DNA from: an uncultured Fibrobacterota bacterium
Lineage (GTDB): Bacteria; Fibrobacterota; Chitinivibrionia; Chitinivibrionales; FEN-1185
Length of the DNA stretch: 64,000 bases
Assembly: GCA_963729895.1 (NCBI GenBank)
Contig: CAVSQB010000005.1
Coordinates: 96,001 to 160,000, forward strand
Direction: 5' to 3'
The translations under genes and the position numbers were made by a program. The notes beneath the pieces were generated by a model. The model had not been told where the DNA came from. It made no database searches and saw only the letters and a program-made list of their open reading frames with translations. Within the stretch, counting starts at the first letter, position 1. Each line of letters opens with the position of its first letter. Shown in pieces: positions 30,901-38,951 of the stretch.

Positions 30901-32274
30901 GTCGTGTTTGACGGGAAGGAGCCCGTAGTCCGCGCCTCAGACGGCCGGGTGCTGTCCATTTTCCATAAAGACGTGGAAGTGGTGGTGCCTTCCATGGGCC
31001 GTTTTGCCACCGAGGGCGTCGCCGCCGTGCTGCGCGGTATCGGCATCAATGCGCTGGCGCTCCCGGTTTCGGGCAAGGAGGTCCTTCTCGAAGGAAGAAA
31101 GAACACCTCGTGCAAGGAATGTCTTCCGTACATTGTCACCACCGGCTCGTTCCTTGAGCATCTCAAAACGCAACGTCCGGAAAACAGAATCACCCTGTTC
31201 TTAATGGCGTCGGGCGGCGGCCCGTGCAGGCTCGGACAGTATTGCACGGCAATGGACCAGTTGTTTTGCAACCTGCGCATTCCGAATGCCGCAACGCTCC
31301 CGATGACAAATGAAAACGGCTATGCGGGGTTGGGCAACCGTGCGTTGCTTTCGTCGTCGCAGGCCATCATGGTCGCGGACGTGTTCTGCGAAATCAGGAG
31401 CTTTCTGGCGGTCGCGGCCGTCAACAAGACGGCCGCCATTGATGCGCTTGAGGAATGCTGGCGCGACGTCATCGCGTATTTCGAAGGAAAACTCGGCATG
31501 CGGTTTTCCATTCTGCTGGGTTCATTGGGCCGCAGGTTGCGGCGCATTCCGGTGGCCGCGCATCCCAGGGAAGTGCCCGTTGTTTCTCTGCTGGGGGAAA
31601 TATTCGTGCGGCACGACGAGTTTTCCCGTAAGAATATCGCGGGGTATCTTGAAGACCGCGGCATCATGGTGAAAATCGCTCCGGTCACCGAGTATCTCGC
31701 ATACAGCAATTATGTCATCAACCGGGGACTGGGCGAAAAAGTGCTGTCGCTCAAAGATCAGATGAAAATGCGCATCATTGCAAGCGTGCAGGAATGGTGG
31801 GAGAGAAGAATCAAGACGGTTCTTTCGCGCAGCGGTTGCTACAAATTCGAGATGATCCGCGTTGAAAAGACGATCGCGTCGGCGACCCACCTCATGAGCG
31901 AGCACTTCCGCGGCGAATGCATTCTCACGGTGGGCCTGAGCCTGCGCGAGATCCTGAACGATTCGTGCGGCGTCGTCTCCATCGGGCCGTTCGGCTGCAT
32001 GCCGTCGCGCGTTGCCGAGGCGGTGCTCAAGAAAGAAATGAACGCGGGGGGCAAGCGCCGGATGAACCCTGCGTTCGGCCGCGGCGAGCTCCTTGATGAA
32101 ATAACCGAGTTCCCCTTTCTCGCAATAGAAACCGACGGCAGCCCTTTTCCGCAGCTCGTTGAGGCGAACTTAGAAGCTTTTGTCGTGCAGGCCCGAAGGC
32201 TCCATGAAAAAATGAAGGGGATGAGGCGGCATCGGGTGAAAAAAGGCTCGCGGGCGTTCCTGGCGGCACGGTAG
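27937..32274 (+). CDS. CoA-substrate-specific enzyme activase (two BadF/BcrAD-type ATPase domains + DUF2229/2-hydroxyacyl-CoA dehydratase-like domains)
   Basis: KCASGTGEF, CSVF, GLDVGSTTTK, EIGGQDAK, MNEACSAGTGSF, NFSCGPDSF, GPCRLGQY, GPFGCMP. Confidence 0.92.
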   Translation: MKTLGICFGATTVQYAVVKGDAGFKAVEQSGRVVHDGNPGRVLQDLLGALDLFDIDRAAVTGRSFRGAVELTSISEPEAIENALFEDSKDKQFPDLVVSLGGETQLVYKIGEKGGIVSVHSGNKCASGTGEFFLQQIRRMGLTLEDAVTLAERGTPHRIAGRCSVFCKSDCTHALNKGEPIENIAAGLCTMVADKITGLIKDMPCERVMLVGGGTLNNAVVKILRTRFASLDVPDTASFYEAYGAALWAFGNRCRKVPGAGRDLVRGTTVSFGHHQPLALSQHLVQFKQAPRGAFDKTADYVLGLDVGSTTTKAVLVHRETRRIVSSVYLRTNGNPVEASRACYSAILSDLGGHPPRIVGLGVTGSGRQIAGLHALTSNVINEIIAHASAAAHFDKDVDTIFEIGGQDAKYTFLTAGVPSDYAMNEACSAGTGSFLEESALESLNVKMEEIGDRALLGSAPPNFTDQCAAFISSDIKLAGQQGIDRNNILAGLVYSICLNYLNRVKGSRPSGKKIFMQGGVCYNRAVPVAMASLLKMPIVVPPEPGLMGALGVALEVDTRLSLGISPVQRFNLAELAGREAVKEGTFACAGGKEKCDRKCEISRIRVNGTIHPFGGTCNRYYNVRLKHDVDAGELDLVAVRERLLFETYGAASATPASDGRRTVGLCRSFLTHSLYPLYSHFFAEMGYSVVLSDEIDPKGISRIESAYCLPGEITHGSFLNLLAKDLDYIFLPHVMQVPVHNVPTYSRLCVFVQGEPYYLKTTFRKEIDNSPTVVLSPVLVMDREYEQAGAPLRAMAAKMGITGSVAARAFEKACRMQRSFERKLRGVGLEALSWLDSHPETFGIVLFGRPYNAFSPDANMGIPHKTASRGYLVIPHDMLPSDHHEVDGQMFWAMGQKIMKSARLVRDHNRLFGFYVTNFSCGPDSFLLTYFRNLMAAKPSLTLELDQHTADAGIDTRIEAALDIMRTYRCAPKADGLARGDEFRPARVVFDGKEPVVRASDGRVLSIFHKDVEVVVPSMGRFATEGVAAVLRGIGINALALPVSGKEVLLEGRKNTSCKECLPYIVTTGSFLEHLKTQRPENRITLFLMASGGGPCRLGQYCTAMDQLFCNLRIPNAATLPMTNENGYAGLGNRALLSSSQAIMVADVFCEIRSFLAVAAVNKTAAIDALEECWRDVIAYFEGKLGMRFSILLGSLGRRLRRIPVAAHPREVPVVSLLGEIFVRHDEFSRKNIAGYLEDRGIMVKIAPVTEYLAYSNYVINRGLGEKVLSLKDQMKMRIIASVQEWWERRIKTVLSRSGCYKFEMIRVEKTIASATHLMSEHFRGECILTVGLSLREILNDSCGVVSIGPFGCMPSRVAEAVLKKEMNAGGKRRMNPAFGRGELLDEITEFPFLAIETDGSPFPQLVEANLEAFVVQARRLHEKMKGMRRHRVKKGSRAFLAAR

Positions 32275-32321
32275 CGTCTCCGTATGTGGACATAACGGAA
32301 TACCGCTCCGGGCGCCGGACG

Positions 32322-33479
32322 TCAGAAATAGAAACCTTGCTGGTGATGGACCAGCGATCCCTTGAGGTAGTAGTACCTGTCGAGTTTGGCGCTCAGGCCG
32401 CAGAGAATTTCATACCCGATGGTGCCGCAGAGGAGCCCCACTTCATCTGCGGTAATAGCGGCTCCTCCTTGATACCCGATTGCAACCGCTTCGTCGCCCA
32501 GGCGCACAAGAGGCTCCGGTCCGACGTCCGCCATGATGTAGTCCATGGTGACGGCGCCGGCGATTGCATACCGCGTGCCGCCGATGAGAACGCTTCCCGT
32601 GCCGGTGAGTTTTCGCGGCAGCCCGATTCCGTAGCCCAGCGGGATCGTTGCGATACACGTTTCCTGCGGCGTTATGTAACGGGCGCCGTAGCTCACGGTG
32701 GTGCCGGCTGGAACGCGCTTGATTTTGACAACATGCGCCTTGAGCGCGGCGGCGCATTTGAGATCCAGGGGGAATTCCTGGGCCGGGTCGGGTTTGCATC
32801 CGTACAGGGAGATGCCGGGACGTACCAGGGTGCATTCGAGAGCCGCTGGAAACCGCATGATGGCGGCGCTGTTCGCGTAGTGGATGTGATGAGGAGTTAT
32901 CCCGTTTTGCCTCAAAATATCGAGAGCGGCCCCGAACAACCTTACCTGGGAACCTACCGACGCCGTGCCTGGTGCGTCGGCGCAGGCAAGGTGCGTGCAT
33001 GCGCCTTCGCACCTCAGGGCACGGTTACTCTTCAGGACAGCCGCGATGCCCGCTATCTCGCCGGGAAGAACACCGAGCCTGCCCATGCCAGTATCAATAT
33101 TCACGTGAAACCGGACCGGCACTGCGCTTTCGCCCCACAAAGACAGGTCCAACGGATCGTTGAGGGAAAAACTGACGTTGTTCGCCGAGCCCCAGGCAAG
33201 TTCGTCGATATCGCATTTGCCGAGAACAAGGATGGGGAGCGCCACGCCTCCGCTGCGGACGGCATTCGCCTCGGCCGCAGTGGCGACGGCAAGCCATTCA
33301 ACGCCATGCGTTTCCAGCGCCCTGCTTACCGCCACAGACCCGCAGCCGTAGGCGAGGTCCTTGACAACAGCCATTATGCCTTTGCGCGGTCCGATGGCGC
33401 GACGCAGTCCATCAAGGTTATGGAGGATGTTGTCGAGCGAGATCTCGACATACGGATACTGCAACGGCGGCACGTTCAT
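32322..33479 (-). CDS. alr: Alanine racemase
   Basis: AVVKDLAYG (PLP Lys), DTGMGRLG, VRPGISLYG, VSYG, VTMD, TIGYE. Confidence 0.95.
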   Translation of the reverse strand: MNVPPLQYPYVEISLDNILHNLDGLRRAIGPRKGIMAVVKDLAYGCGSVAVSRALETHGVEWLAVATAAEANAVRSGGVALPILVLGKCDIDELAWGSANNVSFSLNDPLDLSLWGESAVPVRFHVNIDTGMGRLGVLPGEIAGIAAVLKSNRALRCEGACTHLACADAPGTASVGSQVRLFGAALDILRQNGITPHHIHYANSAAIMRFPAALECTLVRPGISLYGCKPDPAQEFPLDLKCAAALKAHVVKIKRVPAGTTVSYGARYITPQETCIATIPLGYGIGLPRKLTGTGSVLIGGTRYAIAGAVTMDYIMADVGPEPLVRLGDEAVAIGYQGGAAITADEVGLLCGTIGYEILCGLSAKLDRYYYLKGSLVHHQQGFYF

Positions 33480-34132
33480 GATGACTTAGCCCTTGTTGCT
33501 TTGACAATTGAAGAAAGCCGGCGGGCCTTCCCGGCAATCGCCGCGAGAGCTGCCGGCGAAAAGTTTTTGCCGTTGACTACCGACGAGCCCACAAAGAGCC
33601 CGGAGGCCCCGGCGTCAAGATAGTCAGCCGCGTTTACCTCGCTCACGCCGCCGCAGGGAAACAATACCGCGTCGGGCAGCGGGGCCTTAAGCGAACGGAT
33701 GTATGCCGGGCCGCCCACGGCATTGCAGGGAAACACCTTTATCGCATCCGCGCCGGCGCCGGCGGCCCGGGCGATTTCGGTAGGGGTGAGAGCGCCGGGG
33801 AAGACCGGGACCGATGCCGATTTGCATGCGTCAATAACACCTTCGTTTGTATTCGGGCTCACGATGTAAGCGGCGCCGGCGGCAAGCGCGGTCCGCACCA
33901 TGGCGGCATCGAGGACGGTGCCCGCTCCGAGCAGAAGCGAACCGCCGAACCTGTGCGAGGTTTTTTCGAGCACCCCAAGCGAACCCGGCGCAGACAGGGA
34001 AATTTCCAGCGCCGCGACATGTCCCTTTGTGAGGGCCTCAACCACCAGGGCGACATCTTCCGCGCACAGCCCTCTTACAATAGGGATGACGCCGACGTCG
34101 AGGAGCTTTGCGAATGTTTCCGATGTGGTCAT
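33476..34132 (-). CDS. eda: KDPG/KHG aldolase
   Basis: GAGTV, IVSP, PGALTPTE, IKVFP, LKAPLP, GGV. Confidence 0.92.
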   Translation of the reverse strand: MTTSETFAKLLDVGVIPIVRGLCAEDVALVVEALTKGHVAALEISLSAPGSLGVLEKTSHRFGGSLLLGAGTVLDAAMVRTALAAGAAYIVSPNTNEGVIDACKSASVPVFPGALTPTEIARAAGAGADAIKVFPCNAVGGPAYIRSLKAPLPDAVLFPCGGVSEVNAADYLDAGASGLFVGSSVVNGKNFSPAALAAIAGKARRLSSIVKATRAKSS

Positions 34133-34151
34133 GCCTCGGCTCCGGGGTGCA

Positions 34152-34508
34152 TCAGGAAACCTTGGCATCGACAATTGCCCATTTGTCCGCGTTCCGTTTG
34201 CGGAAGAAACATGATTTGTATCCTTCGTGGCATGCTGCACCTGTCTGGTCAATCAAGAAGAGAACGGCGTCGCCGTCGCAGTCGATGCGCACTTCGCGCA
34301 CGGCCTGGAAATGCCCCGAGGTTTCGCCTTTGAGCCAGCGTTTCTTCCTGCTGCGGGAATAGTAGACCATTGTGCCGGCGGAAAGCGTTTCCAGGAGAGT
34401 TTCGCGGTTCATATAAGCAACCATGAGGACCTGTTTTGTGTCCGCGTCCTGCGCAATTGCGGCCACCAGGCCGCGATCGTCGAACTTTACCGAGTCGAGA
34501 AGAGTCAT
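34152..34508 (-). CDS. hisI: Phosphoribosyl-AMP cyclohydrolase
   Basis: [27 protein letters not shown]. Confidence 0.96.
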   Translation of the reverse strand: MTLLDSVKFDDRGLVAAIAQDADTKQVLMVAYMNRETLLETLSAGTMVYYSRSRKKRWLKGETSGHFQAVREVRIDCDGDAVLFLIDQTGAACHEGYKSCFFRKRNADKWAIVDAKVS

Positions 34509-34527
34509 GGTGCGTTTCCCCGAAAGG

Positions 34528-35793
34528 TTATTCACGTATTTGCCCGTTTCCTTCCACAATCCATTTATACGTTGTCAAGTCAGCAACTCCCATAGGCCCG
34601 CGCGCGTGCAGCTTATCGGTGGATATCCCGATTTCCGCGCCCAGCCCGTATTCTCCGCCGTCGGAAAACCTCGTGCTGGCGTTGACCATCACCGACGAGG
34701 AATCGACAAGGCGCACAAACTGGCCGGCTTCCTCTTTCGATTCGGTAACGATCGAATCGGTGTGGTGCGAACCGTAGGTGTTGATATGCGAGACAGCCGC
34801 GTTCACGCCGTCCACCACGCGTACGGCAAGCCGCAGGTCGAGATATTCGGCGCGCCAGTCGTCTTCCGTGGCCCGCTTGATGCCGGGCGCGAGTTTCCGT
34901 ACCGCAGGATCGCCAAAAATGGTTACGCCCTTGTCGACAAGCGCTGCAATGAGGCGTTTCTTGCTTTGGTCCGCCAGGGATGCGTCGAGCAGAAGGGTTT
35001 CCATTGCATTGCAGACCGCCGGCCGCTGGACCTTTGCATTCACCACAAGGGGAACGGCTTTTGCCATGTCGGCGTTACGCGACACATACACGTGGCATAC
35101 GCCTTTGTAATGTTTGATAACGGGGATATGCGATTTTTCCACCACTGCCCTGATCAGTCCCTCACCGCCGCGGGGGATCACAAGGTCGATCTCCTCTTCT
35201 TTCTTCAGGAGAAGGTCGATTGCCGCGCGGTCCGTGGTGGGAATAAGCTGCACGACGTTTTGAGGTAATCCGACGCGTCTGCATGCTTCGCCGAACAGAA
35301 AGGCAAGCGCCTTGTTGGAAAAGAATGCCTCCGAGCCGCCGCGCAGGACCACGCTGTTGCGCGACTTGAGGCACAGAGACGCCGCGTCCACCGTCACGTT
35401 GGGCCGCGATTCGTAGATGATGGCGATCACGCCGATGGGCACCCTCATTTTGCAAATTGAAAGCCCGTTGGGGCGCACGCGTTCGTCAAACCTGGCGCCT
35501 ACCGGCGTGGACATCGCGGCCACTTCGGTAAGCCCCTTCTTCATGGATGCGAACGTTTTGTCAGAAAGGGTGAGCCGCTCAATCATGGGGCCGGCAACAT
35601 TTTTTGCGCGGGCGCGATTGAGGTCTTTCTTGTTGGCTGCGACAAGAACGGCCTTGTTCGAATCGAGCAGCTCCGCCATTGCCAGCAGGCATGCGTCGAC
35701 TTTGTCTTGCGGCGTGTCAAGAAGGAGGCGGCTTGAAGCGCGGGCCTTGCGGGCGATGGCGTCGATTGTTTTCTGGAGAGAAGATGCTGCCAT
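34528..35793 (-). CDS. proA: Gamma-glutamyl phosphate reductase
   Basis: [40 protein letters not shown]. Confidence 0.97.
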   Translation of the reverse strand: MAASSLQKTIDAIARKARASSRLLLDTPQDKVDACLLAMAELLDSNKAVLVAANKKDLNRARAKNVAGPMIERLTLSDKTFASMKKGLTEVAAMSTPVGARFDERVRPNGLSICKMRVPIGVIAIIYESRPNVTVDAASLCLKSRNSVVLRGGSEAFFSNKALAFLFGEACRRVGLPQNVVQLIPTTDRAAIDLLLKKEEEIDLVIPRGGEGLIRAVVEKSHIPVIKHYKGVCHVYVSRNADMAKAVPLVVNAKVQRPAVCNAMETLLLDASLADQSKKRLIAALVDKGVTIFGDPAVRKLAPGIKRATEDDWRAEYLDLRLAVRVVDGVNAAVSHINTYGSHHTDSIVTESKEEAGQFVRLVDSSSVMVNASTRFSDGGEYGLGAEIGISTDKLHARGPMGVADLTTYKWIVEGNGQIRE

Positions 35794-35983
35794 AACGGGT
35801 TCCCCGGAGAAGACGGTTTTGGGATGATTGCGAATCTCGGAAGAGGCGCCTCCGCAGAGTCACGGTAAAATCGAGCCTAACTCTTCCGTTCTCCTCTGCG
35901 TCTTTGAGAGTCTGGGCGAGAATCTTTCCATGCCTTTTTCGAGCGGTGAGTCCTCCACATCCCAAAATACCTCCCGGATGCGA

Positions 35984-37102
35984 CTAAAGGACCACCAGAT
36001 TATCCCGGTGGATGATCTCGTCAAAGGTCTTCTGGCCCAGGCGCAGGGCTATATCGACGGTCTTGCAGCCCGCTATCCTTTCAGCTTCGACCGAGGAATA
36101 GTTGACCAGGCCGCGCGCGATAGTCTGTTTCCCGCTGTCCTGCACGTCCACCATGTCGCCGACCTTGAACGTGCCCACAACATGCCTGATGCCGGCCGGG
36201 AGAAGGCTTTTTTGCTTTTGGGTAATGGCGCGCACGGCGCCGTCGTCGATGACAAGAGCGCCGCTGGGTTGGCCTGTAAACGCGATCCATCTCCGCCGCG
36301 ACGTCATCCTTTTCCTGTTTGGCAGGAACAGCGTACCGGCTTTGGGGTCGGAGAGCACGTCAAGAAGGGTCCGGTGATAGCCGTCGCCGACAAGTGCGAA
36401 AATCCCAGCCTTGGTCACCAGCTCCGCCGCCCGGAGTTTGGTCGCCATGCCGCCGACGCTTATCTCGTTCTTGTTGTCCGACGCCATAGCATGAATGGCG
36501 GAGGTGATGCTTTCCACGAGGGGAATCTGTTGGGCGCTCTTCGCTTCGGCGGGGTCCGCGTCGTACAGCCCGTTGATGTCGGTAAGGTTGACAAACAGGT
36601 CCGCCTGCACGAGCAGGGAAAGCTGCGCCGCCAGCGTATCGTTTTCTCCGAACCTGATTTCCTCCACGCCCACCGAGTCGTTCTCGTTGATAATAGGGAC
36701 CGCGCCGCAGTCCAAGAGCGCAAACAAGGTGTTTCTCAGATTGAGGTACCGTTTCTTGTCCCGTAAATCGTCCCACGTGAGAAGCACCTGCCCGATTGGA
36801 ATATGGTGTTTTGCAAAGCACGCCTCGTAGCCGTTCATGAGGCGGATCTGGCCCAGCGAGGCGCAAGCTTGCTTTTCAGGAATAGTCGACGGGCGTTTGT
36901 CGAGTCGCAACACGGCCATGCCGTGCGCAATGGCGCCCGAGGACACCAGAAGCACGCGTTTCCCCGACCGCATGAGGAACGCTATGGAATCCACAATCGA
37001 ACGCACGCGCCGGGCGCGCGGAACATTGTCCTGTGAGGTAAGGATTCGGCTGCCGACCTTGACGACAATGGTGGTACTGTGGGCGATTTCCTTGCGAAAC
37101 AC
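35984..37102 (-). CDS. proB: Glutamate 5-kinase with PUA domain
   Basis: VVKVGS, VSSGAI, PIINEND, GGMATK, C-terminal IHRDNLV. Confidence 0.97.
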   Translation of the reverse strand: MFRKEIAHSTTIVVKVGSRILTSQDNVPRARRVRSIVDSIAFLMRSGKRVLLVSSGAIAHGMAVLRLDKRPSTIPEKQACASLGQIRLMNGYEACFAKHHIPIGQVLLTWDDLRDKKRYLNLRNTLFALLDCGAVPIINENDSVGVEEIRFGENDTLAAQLSLLVQADLFVNLTDINGLYDADPAEAKSAQQIPLVESITSAIHAMASDNKNEISVGGMATKLRAAELVTKAGIFALVGDGYHRTLLDVLSDPKAGTLFLPNRKRMTSRRRWIAFTGQPSGALVIDDGAVRAITQKQKSLLPAGIRHVVGTFKVGDMVDVQDSGKQTIARGLVNYSSVEAERIAGCKTVDIALRLGQKTFDEIIHRDNLVVL

Positions 37103-37127
37103 TGGTGGTCGGCCTTTGCAGTGGTGG

Positions 37128-37724
37128 TTACCGCGTTTTTTCCATCCTGACGATAGTCTGTTCGAGTTCGCTTATCTTCTTGAGCAGGGCCGATTTTTCC
37201 ATGTCGAGCGAATCACGTTCGGTTGAGCAGCGCTGGATCGATTCGAGCAGGGTGTCCAGACTGCCGCTTGCCATTGCGGTCTTGTTCTGGAGCCGCCGTA
37301 TGCGCGCAGACGTTTCGTCGTACTGGTCTTCGAAGCCCTTGAGAACAACGAGGATCTTGGTGAGGGTGTTCACCTCGCCCATAAGCTTGTCGTCCGGATA
37401 CCGGGTCCGAAACGAGTTGAATGCGTCAAGAGCCGCTCTCGGATCGGCCTTCGGGTTGTCATAATAAATGTTGAGGTAGCCGATTTTGTACAACGCCTGC
37501 TTTGCCGAAGCCGTTTGCGAATAGGCGGGGGACAAGGCAAGGTCCTGGTATATCTTGAGCGCCTCGGGATACCTCTTCTTGTCGAAGTGGTCGTCGGCTT
37601 CGGCAAGCAGGCGCCGGTCGTAGGTGTATTGGGAGGCGCGGCCGGCGGCGCACCCGCACGCGGCCACGAAGGCGAGCGCGAGAAGAATCCGGAGTGCGTT
37701 GTTGCCGCTGGTTTTGTTTTTCAA
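37128..37724 (-). CDS. Lipoprotein with TPR and coiled coil
   Basis: ACG-C lipobox; BamD-like TPR (ALYKIG..FRTRYPD). Confidence 0.75.
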   Translation of the reverse strand: MKNKTSGNNALRILLALAFVAACGCAAGRASQYTYDRRLLAEADDHFDKKRYPEALKIYQDLALSPAYSQTASAKQALYKIGYLNIYYDNPKADPRAALDAFNSFRTRYPDDKLMGEVNTLTKILVVLKGFEDQYDETSARIRRLQNKTAMASGSLDTLLESIQRCSTERDSLDMEKSALLKKISELEQTIVRMEKTR

Positions 37725-37764
37725 TGGACCCGCCGTTTTCGATGGCCGCGATTGTGAGTATGTA

Positions 37765-38898
37765 TCAATCTTCCGAAGACCTGTCCAGGTTTATCATCTG
37801 CTCGCCGCTCGAGGTGTATTCTTCGACGACGGGGTTCCTGATTTCGCGGAGTTTTTTGGTGACGCTGGAAATCCGCTCGGTTTCCTCGAGAATGACCTTG
37901 ACCCGCTCCTTCATATCGTCCGGGAACTCCTTCATGGACATTTCGAGAAACTGGGCGTTTCCCGATATGATCATGAGCGGGTTGTTTATCTCGTGGTTTA
38001 CCGAAGCGACCACTTCGCCGATGGCCGCAAGCCGTTTCGATTTCACGAGTTCTTCCTGGGCCTTTTTCAGGTCGGTGGCCATCTGGTGGAACGCGCCTGC
38101 GAGATCGCCGATTTCGTCGGTCGGGTAGCCCGACGGATCAAACGAAAAGTCGCCCTTGCCGATGGCGCTTGCCGATGCCTTGAGGCGGCGAAGCGAGTTT
38201 GTCACCACCTGGGAGAAGAAGAGCGCGAATCCGCTCGCCACAAGGATAACGATAATAAGGATGATGATCGTCATCTGCTTGATGTCGTTGATGCGCTGTT
38301 CGGTGTCTTTGATGACGCTGTTCGTCTGCTCGTCTATGATGGCATCGGTTGCTTTGAGCGACTTGCTCAAGACCATGTCGGCCGAATCGAGAACCGCGGT
38401 GAGCTGCACGCCTTGGGCGTTCTCCACATATTTCATGGAATCGAGAGGTTTCCCGGAGAACACGAGGGCCGCGAACGACGTGTCGTACAGCGTGCTGTTG
38501 TCAATGACGGTTGCCATGAGCGACAGGAGCTTCAGGTGGTTCCCGTAGTGTGCGGAACTGTTGACGTTCTTTCGGAATACGGCGGAATCCAGCTCGGAAA
38601 TCACGTTCAGTTCGATGCTGATGGAATCAAGGAGCCGCAGCACGATCCTGTCCGTCTGCCTGAAATTTTCCACCGATTCCGGCTTGCCGATCGCCTCGTA
38701 GGACGTCCTGCTCCTGCGCTTGTCGCTCTGCAGGTTGGCAACCCGCAACAGTCCGTTTTTTACCTCGTCCTGTCGCTTGAGTATGTTGGCGATACCGTTC
38801 AAATCGGACAGTTTGTTGACAATGACGACATAGATGACGTTAAGGAGAATGACAAAAAGGAACCCCAGAAAGAGCTTTGAGGAAATGGTAAGACGCAT
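37765..38898 (-). CDS. Membrane sensor with HAMP + HisKA (DHp) but no HATPase domain
   Basis: Two TMs, DEIGDLAGAFHQM HAMP, VNHEINNPL H-box; stops ~75 aa after the His, with no N/G1/F/G2 boxes. Confidence 0.85.
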   Translation of the reverse strand: MRLTISSKLFLGFLFVILLNVIYVVIVNKLSDLNGIANILKRQDEVKNGLLRVANLQSDKRRSRTSYEAIGKPESVENFRQTDRIVLRLLDSISIELNVISELDSAVFRKNVNSSAHYGNHLKLLSLMATVIDNSTLYDTSFAALVFSGKPLDSMKYVENAQGVQLTAVLDSADMVLSKSLKATDAIIDEQTNSVIKDTEQRINDIKQMTIIILIIVILVASGFALFFSQVVTNSLRRLKASASAIGKGDFSFDPSGYPTDEIGDLAGAFHQMATDLKKAQEELVKSKRLAAIGEVVASVNHEINNPLMIISGNAQFLEMSMKEFPDDMKERVKVILEETERISSVTKKLREIRNPVVEEYTSSGEQMINLDRSSED

Positions 38899-38951
38899 AA
38901 AGGTGTTTGGCGAACCTCTGGATTGATGTGTACAGTGCGGCGCGGGCCGCA

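Noticed and set aside
27937..32274. 1445-aa activase as a novel fusion
   Set aside because: This multi-domain architecture is common in anaerobes
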